A DNA stretch of 64,000 nucleotides from the NCBI GenBank assembly GCA_020184695.1, contig JAANOX010000232.1, positions 1 through 64,000 on the forward strand, given 5' to 3'. Source of the DNA: Histomonas meleagridis 2922-C6/04-290x (lineage: Eukaryota > Protista > Parabasalia). Numbering within the stretch: the first letter of the stretch is position 1; each line of letters opens with the position of its first letter. This document shows positions 42,920 through 53,798 of this stretch, piece by piece. The translations under genes were made by a program, and so were the position numbers. Below the pieces are notes generated by a model. The model was not told where the DNA came from and did not search any database. It worked only from the letters and a program-made list of their open reading frames with translations.

Positions 42920-43968
42920 GAAATGTTTGAAATAATTTCCAAATATTATTTTGAAATTCTATATTATTATAATAAATTATAAATAAAACAAATAAATATC
43001 TTTAGCATTAATATCAATTCCTTTTTGTTCAAGAAGTAATTTAACTATTTCTGTACGACCATTTTCAGATGCCCAAATAAGTGCTGTCCAAAATAATTTA
43101 AATAATTTCCAAATTTTATATCGAAACACGAGATCATTAAAACAAACATCATATCAAATAAATAAATATCTTTAGAATTAATATCAATTCCTTCTTGTTC
43201 AAGAAGTAATTTAACTATTTCTGTATGACCATATTCAGATGCTAAAATAAGTGCTGTATCAAATACTTTAAATGATTTCCAAATCTTATTTTGAAACATA
43301 AAATTAATAAAATATGTTTTAAATAAAGCAAATTAATATTTTGATCATTAATATTAAATATTTTTAGATCAAGTAGTAATTTAACAATATCCTCATAACC
43401 ATTTTTAGATGCACACATAAAAAATGTATTAAATATTTTAAATAATTTCCATATATTATATTAAAACTTTCAATAATAGAAATAAACTTTAAATAAAATG
43501 TCCAAATATTTCTAGTATTAAGATCAACTCCTTGTTCCAAAACATATTTAACAAGTTCAATATTTCCTGATTTCAAAGCAAATTTTAAAATATTATTTGG
43601 AATTGAATTATTTAGGAGAAAATGTTTAACAAGATATAAATTACCAATTTTTGCTGCTTCATTGATTGTGGATTCTTTAATTTTCAATCCTTTCCCAAGT
43701 AAATATAAAAAAATTTCAGAATTTCCGTTATTGATACATATGTCTCCCAAATCATTAATATCCTTTTGTTTCATTTTTCTAAATAAATTAAATTGCTAAT
43801 GAATAAATTGTATGTATATGGGAAATTTATATCAAATAGTTCTATTACTATGTCGATTGCATTTTCAAGATTATCTTGGGTTAAATTAAAAATCGTGTGT
43901 TCAAGTTTGGACATTATCTCTATGGAATAACATTTGGAATTAGCGCCATCGGGATTGCTGCTATTCAT
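42920..43968 (-). pseudogene. DUF3447-ankyrin locus B: head with large internal deletion, ankyrin repeats at an exact 170-nt period
   Basis: ORF 43771-43968 (family N-terminus) joins ORF 43364-43774 out of frame. Repeats TFFMCASKNGY, TALILASEYGH and TALIWASENGR follow three 80-nt spacers. Confidence 0.8.
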
Positions 43969-44289
43969 ATTGCAAAACTTAGTTCTTTAACGATCGTTTT
44001 CAACTTAAAAATTATTTATATTACAAAAAAGTGATTATTAAATGAAAATAAAACTTTATGTCATGCTTTAAACTTCCAAGGTTACTATCACAGTTATTAA
44101 TAAAGAAATGCAACTCAGAATGAAAATCACAACAGTCATATGATGTTAATTTTATTCAACCAAATTAAAGATGAGTATGTATATTGATTTTTTTACTATT
44201 CCCAAAAAAGTCAAATCACTTAGTAGAATTGACTATAATTTGTTGCTTGTGCAGATGGTATTTGTTCATTGGTTTGATAATTATTTGTA

Positions 44290-44875
44290 TTAACATTTGA
44301 TGTCATCTGGTTGTGAAGAAACTTGTTCCGTTTCATCTGGTGGGAAACCATAGTCTGTAAGTATTAAGTAAACTAATAGCATCGCATGAGTAAATATTAA
44401 ATAAGGCAATATGGTAGCATTATTTGAATTAGCTTCAAATCAACCTGGCACACTCTTTTTCTTGTAATAATCTGAATTGTAAAATTTAGAACAATCAGTA
44501 GGATTTGGTTTTAATGATAGAAACAGCATGTAGAACAATAACAGGAATGCTGAAAAAAGTAGTCATGTAAACAAATATTTTGAAAACCTTTTTATGAGAA
44601 CAGCATAAGAAAATCATTAAAGCGATTAATGCAAAGAAAAGTTCTACCGAGACCAGACATATCAAAGAAATAGCGTAAGCATCTAAGTATAGATCATAAT
44701 CGTAATATTCAGACTTTTCATGATAAGAAATATAAAAATAAGGTTCTGTGGCAACCCATTTAGCTGTTATAAGGATTGACCACAATAATCCACCAAAGTA
44801 AAGAAGAGCAAGAAGTATAGTGATGAGATTTCTTTAGTACACTTGTAAGTAATATCTTTTTTGAACATTTAGCAT
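44290..44875 (-). pseudogene. Frameshifted small multi-pass membrane protein gene
   Basis: Hydrophobic segments (LITILLALLYFGGLLWSILI; AISLICLVSVELFFALIALMIFLCC; ILPYLIFTHAMLLVYLIL) are spread over different frames. Confidence 0.4.
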
Positions 44876-45071
44876 TGCTGTAATTCATTAATGTACTACG
44901 AAAAATATATGTAAAATTTGGATAATAATGGAAATTAATGTTATGCAATTTAATTCTTTATACTTACAAATGCTTAATGAATTTGTAACTTCAAATATTT
45001 AATATCAATAAAAAAAAAAATAAATTTATTAACTAAAAATTACAATTTTACTTATAGACACATTAATTTAC

Positions 45072-46592
45072 TTAGTAATGTGAGTCCGCCTGTTTCATCA
45101 ATGATTCCCTCACCAGCCGAATCTTCCGTGACATTTTCATCGTTTCGCTGCATGTCAGCCTGCTGCTTTTTGCGTTTTTTATTCTATTCTCGACGCTGTT
45201 CAAAACCTTTTGCAAAGTCAAATGCGCAAATCTCATTAATTCGTATTGCGACGACGGCTTTACGACTTCGAAATTGTTTTGCATTTCTTTGTCCAAGTCT
45301 TTGACTTGCTGATATCGAAGTGAGAACATATGAACTTGCGACCACTTTAAGTTTTCGAATCCTTTAATGATTTGGTTAATCAAATTTGTTGCTTCTTGTT
45401 CGTATTCGTCTTCTGGGATACTTAAGTCTAAGACCATATTATCTTTTAACGATTTGATCAAATCATCTTTTTGTTCAATGTAACTTCGGACTGTTAGTTG
45501 GTACCGTGTAAATGGGTCGTGGTAGTGTTCGAAAAAACTTGGGTTAATTCCATCGCCGATCTTTTTGTATGGGTCATCTTCTTCTTTATATGCATCACAA
45601 CTATACATCGTCTTTGGATGGGTACTCCATGGCTTTAAGCACATCCAACAGAATTCATGTCGGCATTTCTTACATAACATTTGGTTACAGCCACCGGTTT
45701 TTTCGATGATGGCATTACAATTTGGACATTTCTTACAATTCTCACCTAAGAGTCGTTGCTCCATGAGATCTTTGTTGGACAGTAGCATCCACCGTTCCTT
45801 CTCTCGACATGTAGCTGGGGCATGTGACGCTTCTTTGCAAATGGCGCAAAAGTCATAACCGCAGGCGCACGTTAAGACGTTGCAGATGTTTTTGCAGTGA
45901 AGTATGTTGATAGGGCGGGAGCAGCGCGGATTTGGGCAGTTCGTAAGGGTGTCAGCAAGACATACTTGCTCATTCATAATAATCTTTAGGAGACTTTGCT
46001 GAGCTTCTTTTCCACATAAAAATTCAACGGAATTTGGTGGAAGAAGACATTTACACCCTTCCATTTGACACGGAATTTGTGATTGGGAACTACTGATTTT
46101 GGCTTTAATATGGGCTCGCCAACAATCAACACAAAATAAATGACAACAACGAAGTTGATACATATCTTTGGCTGGATAATCGCAATAACAGATCTCACAT
46201 GTAAAGATCTGTTCGGGATCAGTAGTTTTAGGATTGGATAATGAAGGATCTTTGGATAAATCACTTTGTTTAAGACCAATTTGAGCAATAATTGATTTAA
46301 ATAGAGGATCTGAAAAACTTTCATAAAATGAGTGCACATTCCATTTTAACTTTTGAAGAATCATGTAAGCAACATATTGATGAATCCCAAATTCACTTGA
46401 TATTTTTCGGCATTCTTGCATAATGGATTCATATATGTCATCTTCGGTGCAATCTGAGAAAAAAGGTTTGGGCTGAAAAGAATTTTTCTCCTTTTGAGGT
46501 GTAAGCTGAATTGAAACGAAAAGTTCACTTGCATCACCCGGCTCACTAAGGCACCCATACTCATCGAACTCTTCGAGTTCGTAATCCTCCAT
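45072..46592 (-). CDS. Ariadne-family RBR E3 ubiquitin ligase
   Basis: Acidic N-terminus, RING1 (CEICY..CCHLFCVDCW), IBR (CPNPRC..CACGYDFCAICKEASHAPATC), RING2 (CPNC..IEKTGGCNQMLC..C..EFCWMCL). Confidence 0.9.
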   Translation of the reverse strand: MEDYELEEFDEYGCLSEPGDASELFVSIQLTPQKEKNSFQPKPFFSDCTEDDIYESIMQECRKISSEFGIHQYVAYMILQKLKWNVHSFYESFSDPLFKSIIAQIGLKQSDLSKDPSLSNPKTTDPEQIFTCEICYCDYPAKDMYQLRCCHLFCVDCWRAHIKAKISSSQSQIPCQMEGCKCLLPPNSVEFLCGKEAQQSLLKIIMNEQVCLADTLTNCPNPRCSRPINILHCKNICNVLTCACGYDFCAICKEASHAPATCREKERWMLLSNKDLMEQRLLGENCKKCPNCNAIIEKTGGCNQMLCKKCRHEFCWMCLKPWSTHPKTMYSCDAYKEEDDPYKKIGDGINPSFFEHYHDPFTRYQLTVRSYIEQKDDLIKSLKDNMVLDLSIPEDEYEQEATNLINQIIKGFENLKWSQVHMFSLRYQQVKDLDKEMQNNFEVVKPSSQYELMRFAHLTLQKVLNSVENRIKNAKSSRLTCSETMKMSRKIRLVRESLMKQADSHY

Positions 46593-46774
46593 TAAATTAT
46601 ATATACTAGTACTTGAATAAGATGGATTTATTGTTGCTTCTAAAATGGGGCACCCCGTTTCGATTAACGTTATTTGTTTTACTGTATCGTTGTTATTTAC
46701 ACCATTTAAAATTTGGTTTTCTGTTGTTTACTTGATCAGGTTGTGGTTGATTAGTTTACTTATTTTTACCTATC

Positions 46775-47347
46775 ATGCCACCCCCTGATTTCCAATTCAA
46801 AGTCTGTTTATTAGGAGCTGTAGCGGTAGGGAAAACGGCAATTGCAAACAAACTTCAATTCGGCGTTTTTGAAGAAGATTACCAGCCAACAATTGGTGCT
46901 GGATATATTCCTTATCGTACAAAATGTAATGGAAAAGAAGTAGAATTGCAAATATGGGACACAGCAGGGATGGAACGTTATAAAACTTTAGGCTCAATTT
47001 ATTATCGAGATGCTCATGCAGCTATTTTAGTATATGATCAAACAAGTCTTCAATCTTCAGATGCACTAAAAACATGGCTATCATCTTTTAAAAACACAGT
47101 CAAAAATCCTTGCGTTATATTTGTTGCAGCTAATAAGAATGATCTACCAAATAAACTTGTTCCAAACGAAAACATCAGAGCATGGTGTCAAGAGAATTCC
47201 TTTGGATTTTTCATTACATCTGCCAAAACAGGTGACGGTGTACAAGATATGTTCAATACACTTGCAGATAAGCTCATGGAAGCCAATCCTGTGATGTCAA
47301 CAGGAAACCATCTTCAACAACAGGAAGAACAGTCAGGGTGCTGCTAA
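46775..47347 (+). CDS. Rab-family small GTPase
   Basis: GAVAVGKT, WDTAGMERY, NKND, TSAK and a C-terminal CC prenylation motif. Confidence 0.92.
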   Translation: MPPPDFQFKVCLLGAVAVGKTAIANKLQFGVFEEDYQPTIGAGYIPYRTKCNGKEVELQIWDTAGMERYKTLGSIYYRDAHAAILVYDQTSLQSSDALKTWLSSFKNTVKNPCVIFVAANKNDLPNKLVPNENIRAWCQENSFGFFITSAKTGDGVQDMFNTLADKLMEANPVMSTGNHLQQQEEQSGCC

Positions 47348-47699
47348 TTTTACTATATAAATAAATTTTTAAGTAATTTAAATCAACCATTCTTTTTGCT
47401 TTTGAGGATTTGCTTTTGTTTTTTGGATATTATTAACAAATGTTTTCCATTTTAATGTGTATAAGTTATAATTCTATTAAGACATTATCTCAAATAATCA
47501 TATGATGGAATTTTGTTGAAATAACTAAAAGGATATCTCTTTGAATGTAAAATTACTATTATATAGTTACTATAAATTTCCACATGAAATTTTTAAGAAA
47601 GGTAATAATAATTTAAATTTCCGTATAACCTTAATCAAGAAAAATATTTAAAATTTTCTTTATTAATCAAACAAAATATGTTAATTTATCATAAAATCA

Positions 47700-48605
47700 T
47701 CAGCGATTAAACTTTGGAATTTTTGTTTCATTAAGTTTCGCCTCGATTTTAGCTTTCACAGGAATCATCTGACTTCCAAAGAACTTCTCTAGCACGAACC
47801 AAGCTATAATGAAAAGAGGTACCGCTGTTGCGATATAAGATGTGAACCCATTAAGAAATGAGTACCAATCACTTTTATCAACATAATATTTCACATATGG
47901 AACACGCATGGAAAAATGCAGCTCAAAAAGTTCGCTGTTGCCAAATGTCCATATTTCATTGCGAAGTTTGAAAAATGGCGATCCGCTAATAAGTGGATAT
48001 GACGAGTTAAGTGGAATTGTCATATCTTGTGTAAAATCAATGTAATCATCAGAGAGAATAACCTCTGTTCCTTTGAAACTGATTGGCTTTTCTTGTGTAA
48101 ATGATAACGAACCAATTATGTTAAGACTAGTAGCTGCTAAAACAGTGGAAGAGTTAACAGAAATTGATGTGTTAAACGTTTTCCCGATATCATTAAACCG
48201 AGTTTCGAGTTTAAGATTCAATTTTGCTGATGTGATGGTTTCATCTAATGTTTTTGGAAAATAAGCAGATATTTTTATAATTCTGTCATTGCCTTTTCTT
48301 GGGTATTGAATAATTGGAATTCTTGTAGATTCCGTAATTGAACTTAGATCTGAATCCACAGTAAATGTTAAAGGTGTTGAAATTGTTGGGCCTGTTAGTT
48401 CAAATCTCATTTGGGGAAGAGCATTAACAATTGGCCTCTCTGCTCTTCGTTCGAATTGAGGGAAAAAATTAAAAGTCCAAACATTAAAAAAATAAGGCAA
48501 CAAAATTGCAACAAGATAAACAATTAACGTAAAGAAAGAAGCGCATGAAAATACGTTTGCTGAATAAGTAATTGGTACTTTACCAACTTTGTATACAGGT
48601 CCCAT
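47700..48605 (-). CDS. TMEM231: Ciliary transition-zone protein TMEM231-like
   Basis: N-terminal YSA...ASFF.L......LP...W......E.P.V and C-terminal F...RVP....Y.......F..YI hydrophobic segment; 301 aa. Confidence 0.7.
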   Translation of the reverse strand: MGPVYKVGKVPITYSANVFSCASFFTLIVYLVAILLPYFFNVWTFNFFPQFERRAERPIVNALPQMRFELTGPTISTPLTFTVDSDLSSITESTRIPIIQYPRKGNDRIIKISAYFPKTLDETITSAKLNLKLETRFNDIGKTFNTSISVNSSTVLAATSLNIIGSLSFTQEKPISFKGTEVILSDDYIDFTQDMTIPLNSSYPLISGSPFFKLRNEIWTFGNSELFELHFSMRVPYVKYYVDKSDWYSFLNGFTSYIATAVPLFIIAWFVLEKFFGSQMIPVKAKIEAKLNETKIPKFNR

Positions 48606-48676
48606 TTAAAAAAAACGAATTTTATATTTGACAAACTTTGTCTGGCAAAAACAATTAAAAGTGTCAATAAAGTGTT

Positions 48677-49480
48677 TTACTTCTTTTTGCCTGCCTTCTT
48701 AGCGGCCTTCTTGAGTGCCTTTCTCCATGGCTTAGTCATCTTCTTATAATCCTTTTCTGACATTCCAGCAGGACGAGCTGGCATTGGACCTAATCCTGGA
48801 ACATTAACACCTGGGGCTGGTGCGACATATCCTGGTGGTGGAGCAGCATAGCCTTGTGGAGGTGGTGCAGCGTATCCTTGTGGTGGAGGAGCAGCGTATC
48901 CTTGTGGTGGTGGTGCTGCGTATCCCTGTGGTGGTGGTGCAGCATAACCTTGTGGTGGTGGTGCTGCATAGCCTGGTTGAGGTGCATATCCTGGTGGTGG
49001 AGGAGCATAGCCTTGTGGTGGTGGCGCATAGCCTGGTGGAGGTGCAGCATATCCTTGTTGAGGTGGATAACCTGGCTGTCCCATTGGTACGTTCTGGAAT
49101 GCTGGTGCACCAGTTGGAGAAAGATGTAATATAAGATGAATACGTCCTCCCTTCTTAACATGATGTGCTGGGATCATGTTATACCATTGATCGATAACTT
49201 GGCCAGGTGGAAGTGAGCAAAGTTGGACTTCAAGTGATGCCATGTCATCATCTTTAATGAGATCCTTATCTCTCATCAAAATCTTGAGTGCAGCGTTTGA
49301 TGGGTTTGGAATGTTGAAGTGGAAATCTTCGTTCCAAACTGGTTTAAGAGAATTTTCAATAACTCTTGTTTTGCGTGTATCATTAGAACTGGTAACGCTG
49401 ATAACACAGTATGGGTCTGATTTGCTGATATCCATCTTTGCGATATCAAGCGCCTCAAGAACTCTTACGTGGAGTTGCAT
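48677..49480 (-). CDS. C2-domain protein with (G)YAAPPPQ proline-rich repeats and a basic C-terminus
   Basis: LHVRVLEALDI..MD..SDPYC....TRV....PVWNEDFHF C2 motif; 24-nt repeat units at about 48830-49080. Confidence 0.88.
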   Translation of the reverse strand: MQLHVRVLEALDIAKMDISKSDPYCVISVTSSNDTRKTRVIENSLKPVWNEDFHFNIPNPSNAALKILMRDKDLIKDDDMASLEVQLCSLPPGQVIDQWYNMIPAHHVKKGGRIHLILHLSPTGAPAFQNVPMGQPGYPPQQGYAAPPPGYAPPPQGYAPPPPGYAPQPGYAAPPPQGYAAPPPQGYAAPPPQGYAAPPPQGYAAPPPQGYAAPPPGYVAPAPGVNVPGLGPMPARPAGMSEKDYKKMTKPWRKALKKAAKKAGKKK

Positions 49481-50279
49481 TGTTGTTTGTGAACCAAAAG
49501 AACCGCCTGTTTTCCGTTCTTTGTGAACTTTGAACGGTTTTCAATTCATAAAAATTTGACTCCTTTGAAAAACTGGGTGTTAAGGAGACTGAAAAATTAT
49601 GTAAACTATACAAAACAATTATCCGCTCAGTAACCGCGAATTTTGAGATAAGTCAGGAAAGTCCCCGTTAGGGGCATTATCTGAAAAAGTTTGGATTGGG
49701 TCGTTTTTAATCGTTTGACTCCAAAACTGGTTTCGGTTAAAATCCTTGCGAATCGGAATTTCTTATAAATTAAAAAAATATGAGCAAAATTAATTTGAAA
49801 AATTTTTAGATTTAGAAATATGACCAAATTAGAATCATCCATTGTGATCTCATGATTTGAATTTTTTTTTCATTTTAATTAAAAGCAAAAATAATTCCAT
49901 GGAATAAATTTTTTTATTAAATATTAAAAAATCTCCTTAAAAGCATATTATACCCTCTTTTCCATATCATAATAAATCTGAAGTCAAGCATTTTCCAATT
50001 TCCATTCTTTAGATATAATTATATCTAAATGAGTTAAACATCACTAAATACTTTGTAAAATTTCAACTTTAATTTTTCACAAATTCAAGAATTAGTAGCT
50101 GAATATTATCATTAACTCTTATCAACCTGATTATTTGATTTCAACTTACCAAATATATATAATCTGATCGTAATCAATATTTCAGTTTAACATCCAGTAC
50201 AATATATAACAAATGGTATGTAAAATTAGCATAAACAATCTTCGTGTTCTCATTCATACAGTTTTGATTCAATAGAAAA

Positions 50280-50436
50280 AACTTTTTTTCCAAGAATGAT
50301 TGGGAAATATAGAAACAAATTGATTCAAAAAAATCCAAAAGAAATTGCAAAAATACATCGGAATGTTGAAAAAGAAAAATTTCAAGAGATATCATTCAAG
50401 CAAATTTTAATCAAAGAATTGAACTATTATCATTAT
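50280..50436 (+). pseudogene. Fifth DUF3447-family remnant (plus strand), abutting an Hsp70 fragment
   Basis: KNDWEI*KQ / LIQKNPKEIAKIHRNVEKEKFQEIS aligns with SKNDWELHKQLIKEGVNPNEISKIIRNDEIEKLQEIS of loci C and D. Confidence 0.55.
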
Positions 50437-51178
50437 GGAAGATGTGCTGGCGGAATGAAGACAGTGCTAATTCCACGTAACACAACAATTTAAATTAAGA
50501 AGTCAAATGTGTTCACAACATTCTCAGATAATCAGCCCGCAGTTACAAGCAAAGTTTATAAAGGAGAACGTTCGCGAACATGCCACAACAAATTACTCGG
50601 CACATATGATTTAACAGGTATTCCGCCAGCACCACGCTGCGTACCACAGATTAAAGTTACATTCGATGTTAACGCAGATGGTATTATGAATGTTTCAGCA
50701 CAAAATAAGTCGACAGGTAACGTGAATAATATCACGATTAAGAATGTGAAAGGACGTCTTTCGCATTGTTTATTGATAAAATTGTTGCAGATGCAGAAAA
50801 GTATAAAGCACAAGATGAAGAAGTACGAAAGAAAATCGAAGCGAAGAACGCGCTCGAAGGATACTGCTTTAGCGTACGCAACTCATTAAATCAAGAACAG
50901 TTCGCTAACGCATTGTCACAATAAGATAAGGACACATTCAACAAGGAAATCAATGACACGCTCGCATTAATCGAGTCTAACCAAGACGTAGACGCGATAC
51001 AATCAAAGCTAGGCAGAAAGAACTCGAAGGCAAACTAATGCCAATTATGCAAGCAGCTTATCAACATGCAGCAGGCGGCGCACAAGGCGGAATGCCATGC
51101 GCGAACATGCAAGGAGGAAATGGACCATCAGCAAATAGTGGACATTCATCAGGTCCACGTGTTGAAGAAGTCGATTAA
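50437..51178 (+). pseudogene. HSP70: 5'-truncated cytosolic Hsp70 fragment (substrate-binding domain to EEVD)
   Basis: [41 protein letters not shown] and terminal GPRVEEVD*. It contains stops and frameshifts and has no ATPase domain. Confidence 0.9.
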
Positions 51179-51659
51179 ATGAATAAATGTAATATAATTA
51201 ATGAATAAGTTTGAAATATTCTTTATTTTATTCAGAATATGAACAAATTCGTTTTTATCATCAAATTTTGTTATCTTGGATTTACTAAGGATCAAAAACA
51301 TTAAATGTGTTAGCAAACATATGTTTATCATTGCCATTTGCTAATTAAATGACAAAAATGTAAATACATTGAATATACATAAGATTGTAATATTCAATTG
51401 ATTATTCTAATTATTTGTTAAAACCTATATTATACAAAATTTCATGAAAGTTTTGCTGCATTGTTGCTATAACTTGGACTATATTTTTATAGATATAATT
51501 GTGGTTTACATAAATTTTTTTGAATTTGTAATAAAAAAAATTAAAAATTTATTATTTATTTATTTACTTAATTTTTTTTACTTCTTCTTTCGACCACAAT
51601 TTTTCTTTTGTGGTTTTGTTTGCTTAACATTGTCTGGTTTATTTAATTTCTTTAATATT

Positions 51660-52544
51660 GCTTTTTGAAAAATGAATAAATTGTATATCTAATTGGATAA
51701 AATAAACATCTTTTTCATCAACTTCAATTCCCTCTTGTTCAAGAAGTAATTTTACAATTTCATTATGTCTTGCCTTAGATGCTATCAAAAGTGCTGTTTC
51801 ATATAATATAAATAAATACCTAATATTAAATTTAAACATTATATAAATCAAAGTAAACAATAAATAAACTAAATTCAATATTCCTTGCATTAATATCGAT
51901 ATCTTTTCTTTCAAGAAGTTTTTTAACTACGTCAATATGAGTTCCTCCACAAGCATACATAAGTGGTGTAAACAATATTATATATAAATTTTAAATATTT
52001 TGAAAAAACAATGAATTATAAAAATAAGTATGATGTATAATTTATAAATATTTTTTTTATTTACGTTCACATTTTCATGATTAAGTATCAAATTAACAAT
52101 TTCAAAGTTATCTGATTTAATCGCCATAGATAAAGGGGGATCAAATATTTTCAAGAAATTCCAAACAAAGCAATAAAACAAATTGATGATCATGATCATT
52201 AACATCAATTCCATCATATTCTAGGAGTAATTTTGCAACTTCGTTATGCTTATTTTTAATTGCTAATGTAAGTGCAGTCCCTAATAATGATTTAAAACAC
52301 GAAATTATCTCAAAAAATATTTTCTAGATTAACATTAATTCCTTTTTGTTTCAGAAGAATTTTAACAATATCAATGTGACCATTTTCTGCTGCAATCATT
52401 AGTGGTGTCTGAAGTGATTTAAGTAAACATTATAAGCCAATAATATAAAAAAACATTATTTAATGATTTTTGTATTTTATCTTGTTTTAATAATAATTCA
52501 AATATTTCAGTATAACCATATTTTGCTGCTATCATGATCGGTGT
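51660..52544 (-). other. Locus C tail: six intact ankyrin-repeat segments separated by frame-breaking spacers
   Basis: TPIMIAAKYGY, TPLMIAAENGH, TALTLAIKNKH, PPLSMAIKSDN, TPLMYACGGTH, TALLIASKARH; preceding spacers are 63, 46, 40, 49, 80 and 82 nt. Confidence 0.85.
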
Positions 52545-52580
52545 ATAATCAAATTATATATACAAAAACTAAATATTTTT

Positions 52581-53798
52581 TTAAAACATAAAATCATATA
52601 TTAAAATATCTTTCGTGGTTAGATGAATATTTTTTTGTTCAAGAACATATTTAACAAGTTCAATATTTCCTGATTTTACTGAAGCATTTAAAATTTTCAT
52701 TGGATTGCTTTTGTTTTCGAAAAAATATTTTACAAAATATGTATTTCCATGTTTTGCAAATTCGCACATGAAAAAATCATCAATTTTCTTTTTATTTGAT
52801 GATAAAATAGAGAAAAGTTCGAAATCATTGTTTCGGATACACATCATTTTGTACAGCTCTTCTTTTTTCTTAAATATTTTATTCTGATTTTCAATTAAAT
52901 AATTAAATATATCATACTTATGAAATTCAATTGCTATTTCAAATTCATCTGGATAAAAATTTTGAAATAATGAATGCTTTTGTTCACATAAATGAATTAT
53001 CTCTAAGTTTCCACCTGCAATTGCATATTTACCTGCGTTATTCACATTTGCACCATTCATAAGTAAATATTTAAAACATTTAACTGATCCAAAAAATGCT
53101 GCATAATCAATTAATCTAACAAAATGGTTAATAAATGAAAATCGTTCATAAAGTGATGGCTCAATTGTTTGGTTAAAATCAAAATTATTTTGTGATGATA
53201 TTTCTTGAAGTTTTTCGATTTCATCATTTCGAATTATTTTTGAGATTTCATTTGGATTAACTCCTTCTTTAATTAATTGTTTATGAAGTTCCCAATCATT
53301 CTTTGACAATTTATCAAAGTCTTTAAAGAATTTTTCTTGAATAAAATACCAGTTATCATTATCATCACATTGATAATCTTGAATCTTATCAATTTCTGTT
53401 TTGTCTTTATAATGAATAAAATATAAACTTTGTATATTTCGAACAAAATTGGTGTCAATTAAATCATATTCAAGAAGTTTTTCAAGAAAATAATATGATT
53501 CTTGACTTTTTTGTTCAAGAAGATATTGACTTAAAATATCAAATATTTTAAAATTATTTTCTTCGAATTTTTCAATAAATTTCAAATATGAAATATATAT
53601 ATTCGGTTCTCCTTTCATCGATTTAAAAGCTGAATATATTAACATACAAATAACTAAATCGAAAGAATATGGAAAATCTTTATCAAATAAATCTTTTGTT
53701 TCTTGAACTTGTTTTTCAATATTTGAATCATTTAATTCAAAAATTATATTTTCAAGTTGATGAGGAAGTATTTTATCGAATGATTTGTTGGAATTCAT
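52581..53798 (-). CDS. DUF3447-ankyrin protein, locus C (405-aa ORF ending inside the first spacer)
   Basis: IEPSLYERFSFINHFVRLIDYAAFFGSVKCFKYLLMNG..KYAIAGGNLEIIHLCEQ, as in the trichomonad DUF3447/ankyrin family. Confidence 0.8.
   Translation of the reverse strand: MNSNKSFDKILPHQLENIIFELNDSNIEKQVQETKDLFDKDFPYSFDLVICMLIYSAFKSMKGEPNIYISYLKFIEKFEENNFKIFDILSQYLLEQKSQESYYFLEKLLEYDLIDTNFVRNIQSLYFIHYKDKTEIDKIQDYQCDDNDNWYFIQEKFFKDFDKLSKNDWELHKQLIKEGVNPNEISKIIRNDEIEKLQEISSQNNFDFNQTIEPSLYERFSFINHFVRLIDYAAFFGSVKCFKYLLMNGANVNNAGKYAIAGGNLEIIHLCEQKHSLFQNFYPDEFEIAIEFHKYDIFNYLIENQNKIFKKKEELYKMMCIRNNDFELFSILSSNKKKIDDFFMCEFAKHGNTYFVKYFFENKSNPMKILNASVKSGNIELVKYVLEQKNIHLTTKDILIYDFMF

Noticed and set aside
42920-43510. 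CRISPR-like or other prokaryotic repeat-spacer array
   Set aside because: The conserved part encodes ankyrin repeats of ~90 nt, the genome is eukaryotic, and no cas genes are present.
48790-49161. His-rich, Val-rich and Trp-rich ORFs in alternative frames
   Set aside because: Shadow frames of the YAAPPPQG repeat of the C2 gene.
49580-49940. Kolobok/piggyBac-like element (TTAA-GGAGA...TCTCC-TTAA)
   Set aside because: The inverted match extends only 5 bp beyond TTAA, which is too weak in AT-rich DNA without other copies.
52409-52454. Spacer beginning GT and ending CAG (same at locus D) as a canonical spliceosomal intron
   Set aside because: It is the only independent spacer with GT..AG and has no ACTAAC branch motif. 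Splicing there would delete the hairpin residues. It is probably chance, though testable.
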